Shown here piece by piece: positions 24,421 to 36,625 of a stretch of 56,945 nucleotides of DNA. Source of the stretch: Anaeramoeba ignava BMAN. Taxonomy: Eukaryota > Protista > Anaeramoebae. The notes beneath the pieces were generated by a model. It made no database searches. It saw only the letters and a program-made list of their open reading frames with translations, and was not told the origin of the DNA. Made by a program: the position numbers and the translations under genes. Numbering within the stretch: the first letter of the stretch is position 1; every line of letters begins with the position of its first letter. The stretch covers positions 1 to 56,945 of the forward strand of contig JAPDFW010000039.1 in the NCBI GenBank assembly GCA_028826165.1. Reading direction: 5' to 3'.

Positions 24421-24985
24421 ATGAAAATAATATCAAGTTGAAGACTGAGTAACGTTTGGTTGCAATTTCTTAACTGAAAGCTATTCTAGATTTGGATAAA
24501 AAATTGAAATGAAAAAAAAAAATGAAAATAATATCAAGTTGAAGACTGAGTAACGTTTGGCTGCAATCTCTTAACTGAAAGTTATTCTAGATTTGGATAA
24601 AAAATTGATATAAATAATGTAAAAAAAAATTGACAAAATGAAAATAATATCAAGTTGAAGACTGAGTAACGTTTGGTTGCAATCTCTTAACTAAAAGTTA
24701 TTCTAGATTTGGATAAAAAATTGAAATGAAAAAAAAATGAAAAAAATTTGTAAAAAATAATGTAAAAAATAATGTAAAAAAAAATTGACAAAAATGAAAA
24801 TAATATCAAGTTGAAGACTAACTAACGTTTGGTTGCAATTTCTTAACTGAAAATTATTCTAGATTTGGATAAAAAATTGAAATGAAAAAAAAAAAATGAA
24901 AATAATATCAAGTTGAAGACTGAGTAACGTTTGGTTGCAATTTCTTAACTAAAAATTATTCTAGATTTGGATAAAAAATTGAAAT
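24421..24985. repeat. Five copies of an ~87-bp complex unit separated by variable A-rich linkers
   Basis: ATGAAAATAATATCAAGTTGAAGACTGAGTAACGTTTGGTTGCAATTTCTTAACTGAAAGTTATTCTAGATTTGGATAAAAAATTGA starts at ~24421, 24522, 24638, 24794 and 24896. Confidence 0.95.
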
Positions 24986-25186
24986 GGAAAAAAAAATGAA
25001 AAAAAAAATGAAAAAAATTTTTTATGATTTTTTTTTCATTTTTTTTTTGTTATTTTTTTATTAATTTTTTAAAAATTTTTTTGTATAAATTTACATTATT
25101 TCATCCTCAGTCAATCGAAAACGACTGTAATTTATTTCTAATTCATTTCATTTTTTTTTCATTTCCAAAATTTAAATTCAAATTTA

Positions 25187-26550
25187 AATCAATTTATTTA
25201 TATATATTATAAACAAATTTATAACAAAATAATTTATTAATTTAATTTCCAATTTATTTATAATTTATATTCAAAAAATAAAAAAAATCAATTTCTCTCT
25301 ATATATAAAATATATAAATTTATTTTTTAATTTATTTATAATTTAAATTAAAAATAAAAAAAACCAATTTATTTATATATATTATAAACATATTTATAAC
25401 AAAATAATTTATTAATTTAATTTTCAATTTATTTATAATTTATATTCAAAAATAAAAAATCAATTTCTCTCTATATATAAAATATATAAATTTAATTTTT
25501 CAATTTATTTATAATTTAAATTTAAAAATAAAAAAAATCAATTTATTTATATATATTATAAACAAATTTATAACAAAATAATTTATTAATTTAATTTCCA
25601 ATTTATTTATAATTTATATTCAAAAAATAAAAAATCAATTTCTCTCTATATATAAAATATATAAATTTAATTTTCAATTTATTTATAATTTAAATTCAAA
25701 AATAAAAAAATCAATTTATTTATATATATTATAAACAAATTTATAACAAAATAATTTATAAATTTAATTTCCAATTTATTTATAATTTATATTCAAAAAT
25801 AAAAAATCAATTTCTCTCTATATATAAAATATATAAATTTAATTTTCAATTTATTTATAATTTAAATTAAAAATAAAAAAATCAATTTATTTATATATAT
25901 TATAAACAAATTTATAATAAAATAATTAATCAATTTAATTTTCAATTTATTTATAATTTATATTCAAAAAATAAAAAATCAATTTCTCTCTATATATAAA
26001 ATATATAAATTTATTTTTCAATTTATTTATAATTCAAATTCAAAAATAAAAAAAATCAATTTATTTATATATATTATAAACAAATTTATAATAAAATAAT
26101 TTATTAATTTAATTCCCAATTTATTTATAATTTATATTCAAAAAATAAAAAATCAATTTCTCTCTATATATAAAATATATAAATTTAATTTTCAATTTAT
26201 TTATAATTTAAATTAAAAAATAAAAAAAATCAATTTATTTATATATATTATAAACAAATTTATAACAAAATAATTTATTAATTTAATTTTCAATTTATTT
26301 ATAATTTATATTCAAAAAATAAAAAATCAATTTCTCTCTATATATAAAATATATAAATTTAATTTTCAATTTATTTATAATTAAAATTCAAAAATAAAAA
26401 AAATCAATTTATTTATATATATTATAAACAAATTTATAACAAAATAATTAATTAATTTAATTTTCAATTTATTTATAATTTATATTCAAAAAATAAAAAA
26501 TCAATTTCTCTCTATATATAAAATATATAAATTTAATTTTCAATTTATTT
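25187..26550. repeat. ~171-bp tandem satellite, array 4 (left of TE2)
   Basis: Same unit. Confidence 0.95.
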
Positions 26551-28931
26551 GGCTTGGTTTTGATTCTTGCCAAGTGGCATATTGAGCTTATTGGCTTATC
26601 GAGCTAATAAAACAAAATAAACATATTTTTAAATTGAAATCAAATTGAAAAACTTTATTTTTCTTAATAAAAACCAAAAAACAAAAAGATCTCTCCCCAA
26701 TCACGGATCTTGCGAAAAAAAAAATATTTAAGAAAAAGAAAAAAATTTTTATTTTTCATTCTCATTTTTTTTTTGACTTTTTTTTTTTCAATTTTTTTTC
26801 TTTTTTGATGAATTCGAAACTTATTTTCAATTCAAGAATTTTTCGATTAAAAAGTTTTGTTGAAGAGACAGGGAAGAAGTATTATCGGTGTATGACTCCT
26901 AATTGTGGTGCAACATTGATCAGATTCAACAATCAATACCGTTTAAATCGTCCTCATTCAGAAGAATGTGAAAAGCAAATTCAAGGAAATGAATCATTAT
27001 CCAAAAGATTCTGGGAATTTATTAATCAAATGGCATCTGAATTAGGAAAGACTTCTATGGAGATCTACCAATTAGCTGTTGAAAGAATCAATTCTGAAAT
27101 TGGGGAAGATGATCATTTTGAAATACCACCTGCTCATCATGTTTTGCAGACTATTTCAACAATTAGAAAAGCAAGATTTCCTTTTGAATTAATAAGAATC
27201 CTTTCTGAATCTCCTTATTCACAAACAAAAATGAAAAATTTTGGAGATTCTCCTCTGAAGTATTGATTCAAGACAAAAAAGAAATGGCTGTTTGTTGGTT
27301 TTCAGATAGTGTAGCTAGTTCTTTGTTTCAGGCCAATCAATTATTTATTGATGGCACTTTTTAAGTGCAGCCAAACCCTTTACTCAATTAATTACAATTA
27401 TGTGTTTTGATCATTCAAGTAGAATTTACGTTCCAGCAGTTTATGCAATTTCAACTTCTTCTAAGCAGGACATGTACACATTTATCTTTGAAAACATCTT
27501 TAGATACTTCCTCAATTCCAAATGGAAATTTAAATATGTCACTTGTGACTTTGAAGTTTCTCTTCAGAATGCAATCAAGAAAGTTCTTCCAGAAGCACAG
27601 TTGATAGGTTGTTTTTTTCACTGGAAAAATGCAATAAGGAAAAAGGTGAATAAATTGTGTTCAGAATTAGATGAAAATCAAAAAAAGGAATTAGTTGAAT
27701 CACTAGAGGAATTAACTTATATTCCATTAAATATGATTGAAGAGAAATTGAAGAAAATAAAAGTTCATTTTAAAGGTTGTGAAGAATTTTTTAAATATTT
27801 TCAAAAAATATGGATGAGAAAATATTCACCTCAAATATGGAATATCTCAAGTTTTCCAGATTTAAGCCAAAGAACAAATGGACCATTAGAAGGATATCAT
27901 AAAAGATTAAACAGAAGAATTGGACATGAAAAACCCAAATTGATACAAATGGTTGAATTATTGAAATCTGAAGAAGAATTGATAAGAAAAAAAATTCAAT
28001 TTCAAAGAGAGAACTGGACATCAAGAGAGATTCCAACAGATAATGAAGAAACAACAAAATGGTGGGAGAAAGTTCAGAAATATAGGAAAGAGGATGAAGA
28101 AAAAAAGGATGAATTAAGATTAAGTTCTCAAGTAAGAAAGAAACAAGGAAGGAAAAACAGTCAAGATAAGAAGAAGAGACAATCTTCTCAAATTTTAGAA
28201 GAACAAGAGGAAAATCAAATAATACAAGAAGAAATAGAGAATTATGTCAGTGAATATGAAGAGGAGATTGATCCAAATCAAAATAATGAAAATATTCCAT
28301 TTATTGAAAATCCAATTCTACATAACTCTGAACACTTTATGGATGAAGAAGATAATGATTTGACTAAAATTATTCAGATGGATGAAGGAGGACCAGAAAT
28401 AAAGAAGCCAAAACCAAAAAAGAAAGCTATATAGACATTCTTCTTTTTCTGATTGGAGTTCTGAAGAAGATTTTGATTTATCAGAAGAAAGAGTTTCTGA
28501 ACATGAAAATGGATTCGAAAAAAAAAGACATAAAAACTCTGAAAAAAAATATTGTTGTTCTCAATGTGGAAAACCTGGACACAATAAAGTAACATGTCCT
28601 AAGAATGGAGATAAATGGTTTTAAAGGAATTTCTTCTTTAAATGAATTTTGGCTTTCTGAGCCAAAAAAAATTTTTTTTTTTCTTATTTTTTTCAACTTT
28701 TTTTTGCCAAATGCGAATTTTGACAAAAGGAAATCGTAAATAAAAAAGTTCTTAATTGGCAAATTAGGGATTTTAATTTTTATTGATCAGATTCTAAATC
28801 TTATTGCCAAAATTGGCAAAAATAGGGGGTATTTTTTTTGATCTAATTGAGTTTCAATTATTTTTTTTTTGCTTTTGGCTCGATAAGCCAATAAGCTCAA
28901 TATGCCACTTGGCAAGAATCAAAACCAAGCC
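26551..28931 (+). mobile_element. TE2: Mutator-like (MULE) DNA transposon, 2381 bp
   Basis: Perfect 54-bp TIRs GGCTTGGTTTTGATTCTTGCCAAGTGGCATATTGAGCTTATTGGCTTATCGAGC (26551-26604, 28878-28931). The 8-bp TSD ATTTATTT (26543-26550, 28932-28939) restores the satellite register. Confidence 0.96.
26808..28624 (+). pseudogene. MULE transposase (~605 aa when rejoined), frameshifted three times as sequenced
   Basis: N-terminal FLYWCH/WRKY-like Zn finger (YYRCMTPNCGA..HSEEC). A middle frame missing from the ORF track reads FWRFSSE..QLFIDGTF. Then VTCDFE, GCFFHW, RTNGPLEGYH, an acidic tail and, in another frame, a CCHC knuckle CSQCGKPGHNKVTC ending at TAA 28622-28624. Shifts fall at an A-run ~27227-27231, a T-run 27358-27362 and an A-run 28416-28421. 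Confidence 0.9.
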
Positions 28932-29995
28932 ATTTATTTATAATTTAAATTAAAAAATAAAAAAAATCAATTTATTTATATATATAATAAACAAATTTAT
29001 AATAAAATAATTAATTAATTTAATTTTCAATTTATTTATAATTTATATTCAAAAAATAAAAAAAATCAATTTCTCTCTATATATATAAAATATATAAATT
29101 TAATTTTCAATTTATTTATAATTTAAAATTAAAAATAAAAAAAATCAATTTATTTATATATATTATAAACAAATTTATAACAAAATAATTAATTAATTTA
29201 ATTTCCAATTTATTTATAATTTATATTCAAAAAATAAAAAATCAATTTCTCTCTATATATAAAATATATAAATTTAATTTTCAATTTATTTATAATTTAA
29301 ATTAAAAAATAAAAAAATCAATTTATTTATATATATAATAAACAAATTTATAATAAAATAATTTATTAATTTAATTTCCAATTTATTTATAATTTATATT
29401 CAAAAATAAAAATCAATTTCTCTCTATATATAAAATATATAAATTTAATTTTCAATTTATTTATAATTTAAAATTAAAAATAAAAAAAATCAATTTATTT
29501 ATATATATTATAAACAAATTTATAATAAAATAATTAATTAATTTAATTTCCAATTTATTTATAATTTATATTCAAAAAATAAAAAATCAATTTCTCTCTA
29601 TATATAAAATATATAAATTTAATTTTCAATTTATTTATAATTTAAATTAAAAATAAAAAAAATCAATTTATTTATATATATTATAAACAAATTTATAACA
29701 AAATAATTTATAAATTTAATTTTCAATTTATTTATAATTTATATTCAAAAAATAAAAAATCAATTTCTCTCTATATATAAAATATATAAATTTATTTTTC
29801 AATTTATTTATAATTTAAATTTAAAAATAAAAAAAATCAATTTATTTATATATATTATAAAACAAATTTATAACAAAATAATTTATAAATTTAATTCCCA
29901 ATTTCTTTATAATTTATATTCAAAAAATAAAAAATCAATTTCTCTCTATATATAAAATATATAAATTTAATTTTCAATTTATTTATAATTTAAAA
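28932..29995. repeat. ~171-bp tandem satellite, array 4 continued
   Basis: Same unit resumes after the TSD. Confidence 0.95.
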
Positions 29996-30900
29996 ATTAA
30001 ATTTTAATTTAATAAACAAATTTTAATTTAATTTTAATTTAATTTAATTTGAATTTAATTTAATTTAAATTTAAAAATTTCAATTTAAATTTAATTTAAA
30101 TTTAATTTTTTGAAATTATTTATTTAAATTTGATTTGAATTTGATTTATTTGAATTTGATTTTGAATTTGAATTTGAATTTAATTTAATTTAATTTGAAT
30201 TTAATTTGAATTTGATTTGAATTTAATTTGAATTTAATTTAATTTAATTTCAATTTATATTTTATAAACAATTTAATAAATATTTTTAATTGTAATTTAT
30301 TTTATTTTCATTTTATTTTGTGTGTAAATGAATTTTGAAAAAAATCAAAAAAAATAAAATTAATAAAATAAATAAAAAATAAATTTGGAAATAATAATTG
30401 AATTATTAATAAAATAAAAATATTAGAATTAATTAATTAATTAATTATAAATCAAAATTTATTATTATTAATTATTAAAATAAATAAATTTGAAATGAAA
30501 AATAATAAATAAAAAATGAATATTAATTATATTATATAAATATAATGAATGAATATATAATTAATAAATATATAATAATAAATATCAATTCAAAATATAT
30601 ATAATGTAAAATGTTTAAAAAATAAAAAATAAATTTTTAAAAGTATAAATCAAAATAAATAATATTTTTTTTATCAACTTTATTTCAATTTATATAAATA
30701 TAAATCAAAAAAAAATAAAAAAAAATCAAATTTTATTCTAATTTATAAAAAAAAAAGAAAAAGAAAAATAAAAATAAAAAGTAAATTAATAAATTAATAA
30801 AAAAAAGTGAATAGTGCCCGCCTCCCTCCCCGTTAACACCGACTTACAGCCGTTGTTACCAACCCTCAGGGTTGTCAAACCTCGATATTCGAAATGTCTT

Positions 30901-31048
30901 GTATGTTGTTTTGGAATTACAAACTGAGATTTGTCAAACAAGTCTTTCATATGGATTTATTTATTTGTTTATTCGAAAGGAATCCTTTCTCATTAAATAA
31001 ATCCTATTCGGATTTGTTTGACAAATCTCAGTTTGTCAAAACACATAC
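30901..31048. other. Long inverted repeat with a perfect 23-bp core inside a GC-rich island (hairpin locus 2)
   Basis: ACAAACTGAGATTTGTCAAACAA (30919-30941) pairs perfectly with 31014-31036. Outer pairs are GTATG/CATAC and TGTTTTG/CAAAACA, inner pair GGATTTATTTA/TAAATAAATCC, apex GAAAGG-AAT-CCTTTC. Confidence 0.88.
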
Positions 31049-32619
31049 TCGCTTTCGCTCGGTTGCTCCTCTTACCCCCCTTTCACTAGTTCTCCCCCCG
31101 TTCCCCTCACTAATATGTGTTTGTAAGTGATATACTTACCTCTTTATATCTTGAAAAATGGGTTGAAAATGGAGAATATTTATTTTCAATTTTTGTAAAA
31201 AGTATTATCAATTATGGAAAAAAAATTTATTAAAAACAAAAAAATTGTTTTTATTTATTTATTTTATTTACAACAGAATGTAATTTAGATTTATTTTTCA
31301 ATGAATTTATTTTATTAAATATCTTTTTTTTTCATTTATAAATCGACAAGAAAAGAAAAAAAATGAAAATATTTTATTTTTATTTTCCAACATTAAAATA
31401 TTATAAATTAATGAATAAATAATCAAATTATTATTATTATTACTTCTAATATATAATTAATAAATATAAATCAAAAAGAAAAATGAAAAATAAAATCAAA
31501 ATATATATTACAAACATTTTTCAAAATAAATATCAATTTAATTATATTCAATATTATCAATATTATATTAATAAATAATATAATAAATATAATATAAGAA
31601 TAATAAATATATTAATAAAAATATATTTTATTAAATATTCTATTAAATATTCTTTTGGAATAATTAATATTTATTTTGATTTCATTTCTTTTTGAAATTT
31701 CATTTTTCATTTTCAATTTCAATTTTGATTTACAATTAAATTTATTTTTAATCAATTTTGAGTTTTGAATTTTAAATTTTAAATTAAATATTTACATCTA
31801 TTTATTATACTTAATTTATTTATTCATTTTATTTTTAAATTAAATTAAATAAAAAATATTAGAATTAATTAATTAATTAATTATAAATGAAAATTTATTA
31901 TTATTAATTATTAAAAATAAATAAATTTGAAATGAAAAATAATAAATAAAAATGAATATTAATTATATTATATAAATATAAAGAATGAATATATAATTAA
32001 TAAATATGTAATAATAAATATCAATTCAAAATATATATAATGTAAAATGTTTAAAAAATAAAAAATAAATTTTTAAAAGTATAAATCAAAATAAATAATA
32101 TTTTTTTTATCAACTTTATTTCAATTTATATAAATATAAATCAAAAAAAAATAAAAAAAATCAAATTTTATTCTAATTTATATATTTTAAACATTTTTCA
32201 ATAATAAATATTAAATCAAAATATATATTCAAAATTAATATAATAATGTAATCAAATTTATTATCAATATTATATTAATAAATAATATAATAAATATAAT
32301 ATCAGAATAATAAATATATTAATAAAAATATATTTTATTAAATATTCTTTTTTTGGATTTGATTTTTATTTTGTAATTCTTTTTATATTTTTTAGAATAA
32401 TTATTTATTTATTTTCATTTATTATTTTATTCAAAATTTCATTTTAATTTCATTTACAATTTAATTTATTTTAAATATAATTTAATTTCATTTTCATTTT
32501 CAATTTAATTTCAATTTGAATTTGAATTTGAATTTGATTTGATTTGAATTTAATTTAATTTTAATTTGAATTTGAATTTAATTTGATTTGAATTTGAATT
32601 TAATTTGGATTTGAATTTG

Positions 32620-33295
32620 AATTATAAAATAAATGAAATTAAATAAAATTAATAATTAATTAATATTAAATAAATATTCTATTTATATTCATTATTATTA
32701 TTAATAACTATTTATATATCTATTCATTTTATTTGATTTATTTATTTGATTTATTCTTTATTTATTTATTCATCTCATTTTAAATTAATTTATTGAAAAT
32801 TTTGTAACAAAAATAAATAAATAAATAAATAAAAGATATTTTGAATTGAAATTAATCAAAAATATAATTAAAAGTTGTTTAATTTAATTTAATTTAATTT
32901 AATTTAATTTAATAAAAAAGATAAAAAGTATTTTTTTTTGAAATGGAGAAAATAAAATTATAAATTAAAAAGGAGAAAAAAATAGAAAAGATAAAAAGTA
33001 TTTTTTAAAAAGATAAAAAGTATTTTTTTGAAATGGAGAAAATAAATAAAAATAAAAGGAGAAAAAAAATAAATATAAAATTGATAATTGTTTTAATTAT
33101 TTTTATTTCTTTATTATTTTATTATTTTATTATTTTATTATTCTTTTATCAAAAATATAAATAATATTTATAAATAATAATTTAATTTTAATTTCAAAAA
33201 TAATTAATCTATAAAATATTAAATAATAATTAATATTAATATTAATTCAATTTATTCAATTTTCATTTAATTTAAAATTTTTATTTTCATTTTTT
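32620..33295. repeat. Dispersed module E (AAAAGATAAAAAGTATTTTTTGAAATGGAGAAAA internal repeats), copy 1
   Basis: Near-identical copy at ~42655-43340. Confidence 0.85.
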
Positions 33296-34446
33296 TCAAT
33301 TTTCATTTTCAATTTCAATTTATATTTTGTAAACAATTTAATAAATATTTTTAATTGTAATTTATTTTATTTTCATTTTATTTTGTGTGTAAATAAATTT
33401 TGAAAAAATCAAAAAAAAATAAAATTAATAAAATAAATAAAAATAAATTTTGAAAATAATAATTGAATTATTAATAAAATAAAAATATTAGAATTAATTA
33501 ATTAATTAATTATAAATCAAAATTTATTATTATTAATTATTAAAATAAATAAATTTGAAATGAAAAATAATAAATAAAAATGAATATTAATTTATATTAT
33601 ATAAATATAATGAATGAATATATAATTAATAAATATATAATAATAAATATCAATTCAAAAATATATATAATATAAAATGTTTAAAAATAAAAATAAATTT
33701 TTAAAAGTATAAATCAAAATAAATAATATTTTTTTTATCAACTTTATTTCAATTTATATAAATATAAATCAAAAAAAAAAATAAAAAAAATCAAATTTTA
33801 TTCTAATTTATATATTTTAAACATTTTTCAATAATAAATATTAAATCAAAATATATATTCAAAATTAATATAATAATGTAATCAAATTTATTATCAATAT
33901 TATATTAATAAATAATATAATAAATATAATATAAGAATAATAAATATATTAATAAAAATATATTTTATTAAATATTCTTTTTTTTTGGATTTGATTTTTA
34001 TTTTTGTAATTCTTTTTATATTTTTAGAATAATTATTTATTTATTTTCATTTATTATTTTATTCAAAATTTCATTTTTAATTTCATTTACAATTTGATTT
34101 AATTTGAATTTGAATTTAATTTGAATTTTAATTTGAATTGAATTTGAGTTTAATTTGAATTTAATTTTAATTTAATTTGAATTTGAATTTTAATTTAATT
34201 TGATTTGAATTTAATTTGATTTGAATTTAATTTGATTTGAATTTAATTTGAATTTGAATTTGAATTTGAATTTGAATTTAATTTAATTTGATTTGAATTT
34301 GATTTGAATTTTAATTTGAATTTAATTGAATTTAAATTTTCAATTTAGATTACAATCAACTTTACATAATAAATAAACACAAAAAAAAATCAATCAATAT
34401 TCATTTCTGATTTTTATTTTGATTTTTCTTATTATTTTTATTTTGA

Positions 34447-36625
34447 ATTCAATTTACAATTAAATTAAATAAATAATTCAATTTACAATTAAATTAAATA
34501 AATAATTCAATTTACAATTAAATTAAATAAATTCAATTTACAATTAAATAAATTAAATTCAATTTACAATTAATTACATTCAATTTACAATTAAATTCAA
34601 TTCAATTTACAATTAAATTACATTCAATTTACAATTAAATTAAATTCAATTTACAATTAAATTACATTCAATTTACAATTCAATTACATTCAATTTACAA
34701 TTAAATAAATTCAATTTACAATTAAATTAATAAATTCAATTTACAATTAAATTAATAAATATCAATTCAATTTACAATTAAATTTAATAAATATAATTCA
34801 ATTTCAATTAAATTAAATAAATAAAATTCAATTTACAATTAAATTAATAAATAAATTCAATTTACAATTAAATTAAATAAATAAATTCAATTTACAATTA
34901 AATATAATTCAATTTAAATTAAATAAAATTCAATTTACAATTAAATATAAATTCAATTTACAATTAAATAAATAAATTCAATTTACAATTAAATTAAATA
35001 AATTCAATTTACAATTAAATTAATAAATATAATTCAATTTACAATTAAATTAATAAATATAATTCAATTTACAATTAAATTAATAAATATAATTCAATTT
35101 ACAATTAAATAAAATTACAATTCAATTTACAATTAAATAAATAATTCAATTTACAATTAAATTAAATAAATAAATTCAATTTACAATTAAATTAAATCAA
35201 TAAATAATTCAATTTTAATTAAATAAATAATTCAATTTACAATTAAATTAAATAAAATAAATTCAATTTACAATTAAATTAAATAAATTAATTCAATTTA
35301 CAATTAAATTAAATTCCAAATTTAAAATTAAATTAAATAAAAATTAATTTTACAATTAAAATAAATAAATTAATTTACAATTAAATTAATAAATATAATT
35401 CAATTTACAATTAAATTAAAATTTACAATTAAATCTATAAATATAATTCAATTTACAATTAAATTAAATAATTCAATTTACAATTAAATTAAATTAAATT
35501 TAATTTCATTTTAAATTAATAAAATAATTCAATTCAATTAAATTAAATAAATAAATAAATTCAATTTTACAATTAAATTAAATAAATAATTCAATTTACA
35601 ATTAAATTAAATAAATAAATTAAATTCAATTTACAATTAAATTAAATAAATTAATTCAATTTACAATTAAATTAAAAATAAATTCAATTTACAATTAAAT
35701 AATTCAATTTTACAATTAAAAATAAATAATTCAATTTACAATTAAATTCAATAAATAATTCAATTTACAATTAAATTAAATTAAATTCAATTTACAATTA
35801 AATTAAATTAATAAATTCAATTTACAATTAAAATAAATTCAATTTACAATTAAATTAAAAATAAATTCAATTTACAATTAAATTAAACACAATTCAATTT
35901 ACAATTAAATTAATAAAATAATTCAATTTACAATTAAATTAAATAAACAATTCAATTTACAATTAAATTAAATAATTCAATTTACAATTAAATTAAATAT
36001 ATAATTCAATTTACAATTAAATTAAATTACAATTCAATTTACAATTAAATTAAATAAATTAAATTCAATTTAAATTAAAATTAATTAAAATAAATTCAAT
36101 TTACAATTAAATTAAATAAATTCAATTTACAATTAAATTAAATAAAATTAATTCAATTTACAATTAAATTAATAAATTCAATTCAATTTACAATTAAATT
36201 AAATAAATAAATTCAATTTACAATTAAATTAAATAAATTAATTCAATTTACAATTAAAATTAAATAAAAATAAATTCAAATTTACAATTAAATAAATTAA
36301 ATAAATTCAATTTACAATTAAATTAAATAAATAAATTCAATTTACAATTAAATAAATAAATTCAATTTACAATTAAATTAAAAATAAATTCAATTTACAA
36401 TTAAATTAAATAAATTCAATTTACAATTAAATTAAATAAATTCAATTTACAATTAAATTAAATAAATTCAATTTACAATTAAATTAAATAAATTCAATTT
36501 ACAATTAAATTAAATAAATTCAATTTACAATTAAATTAAATAAATTCAATTTACAATTAAATCATAAATAAATTCAATTTACAATTAAATTAAAACAATT
36601 CAATTTACAATTAAATTAATAATTC
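34447..36625. repeat. ~25-30-bp minisatellite with core TTCAATTTACAATTAAAT
   Basis: Constant core with variable A/T linker. Confidence 0.95.

Larger units (their letters stand above)
6375..25127. mobile_element. Candidate giant non-autonomous TIR element filled with satellites (degenerate 30-bp TIRs, TA flanks)
   Basis: Left end CAGACATTTTATTGTAAGTGAGGATAAAAT versus reverse complement of right end CAGTCGTTTTCGATTGACTGAGGATGAAAT gives 21/30 ungapped. TA lies on both sides (6373-6374, 25128-25129). The outer flanks are approximately the two halves of one head module. Confidence 0.35.

Noticed and set aside
24421-24985. CRISPR array
   Set aside because: Eukaryotic context, repeats far too long (~87 bp), linkers are low-complexity and mutually related rather than unique spacers, and no cas genes.
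27359-27364. Stop-codon reassignment (TAA right after DGTF)
   Set aside because: The downstream MULE motifs continue in a different frame, so this is a one-base indel in a T-run; the 763-aa TE1 ORF has no internal stops.
27407-28762. Overlapping short ORFs in TE2 (27407-27604, 27791-28057, 28374-28595, 28481-28762)
   Set aside because: Off-frame or antisense shadows of the transposase.
30894-31130. 78-aa ORF over hairpin 2
   Set aside because: It coincides with an inverted repeat and C-runs and has no protein-like motif.
31132-31141. U1 snRNA (ATACTTACCT)
   Set aside because: Only the 10-nt 5' motif matches; no U1 stem-loops are evident downstream.
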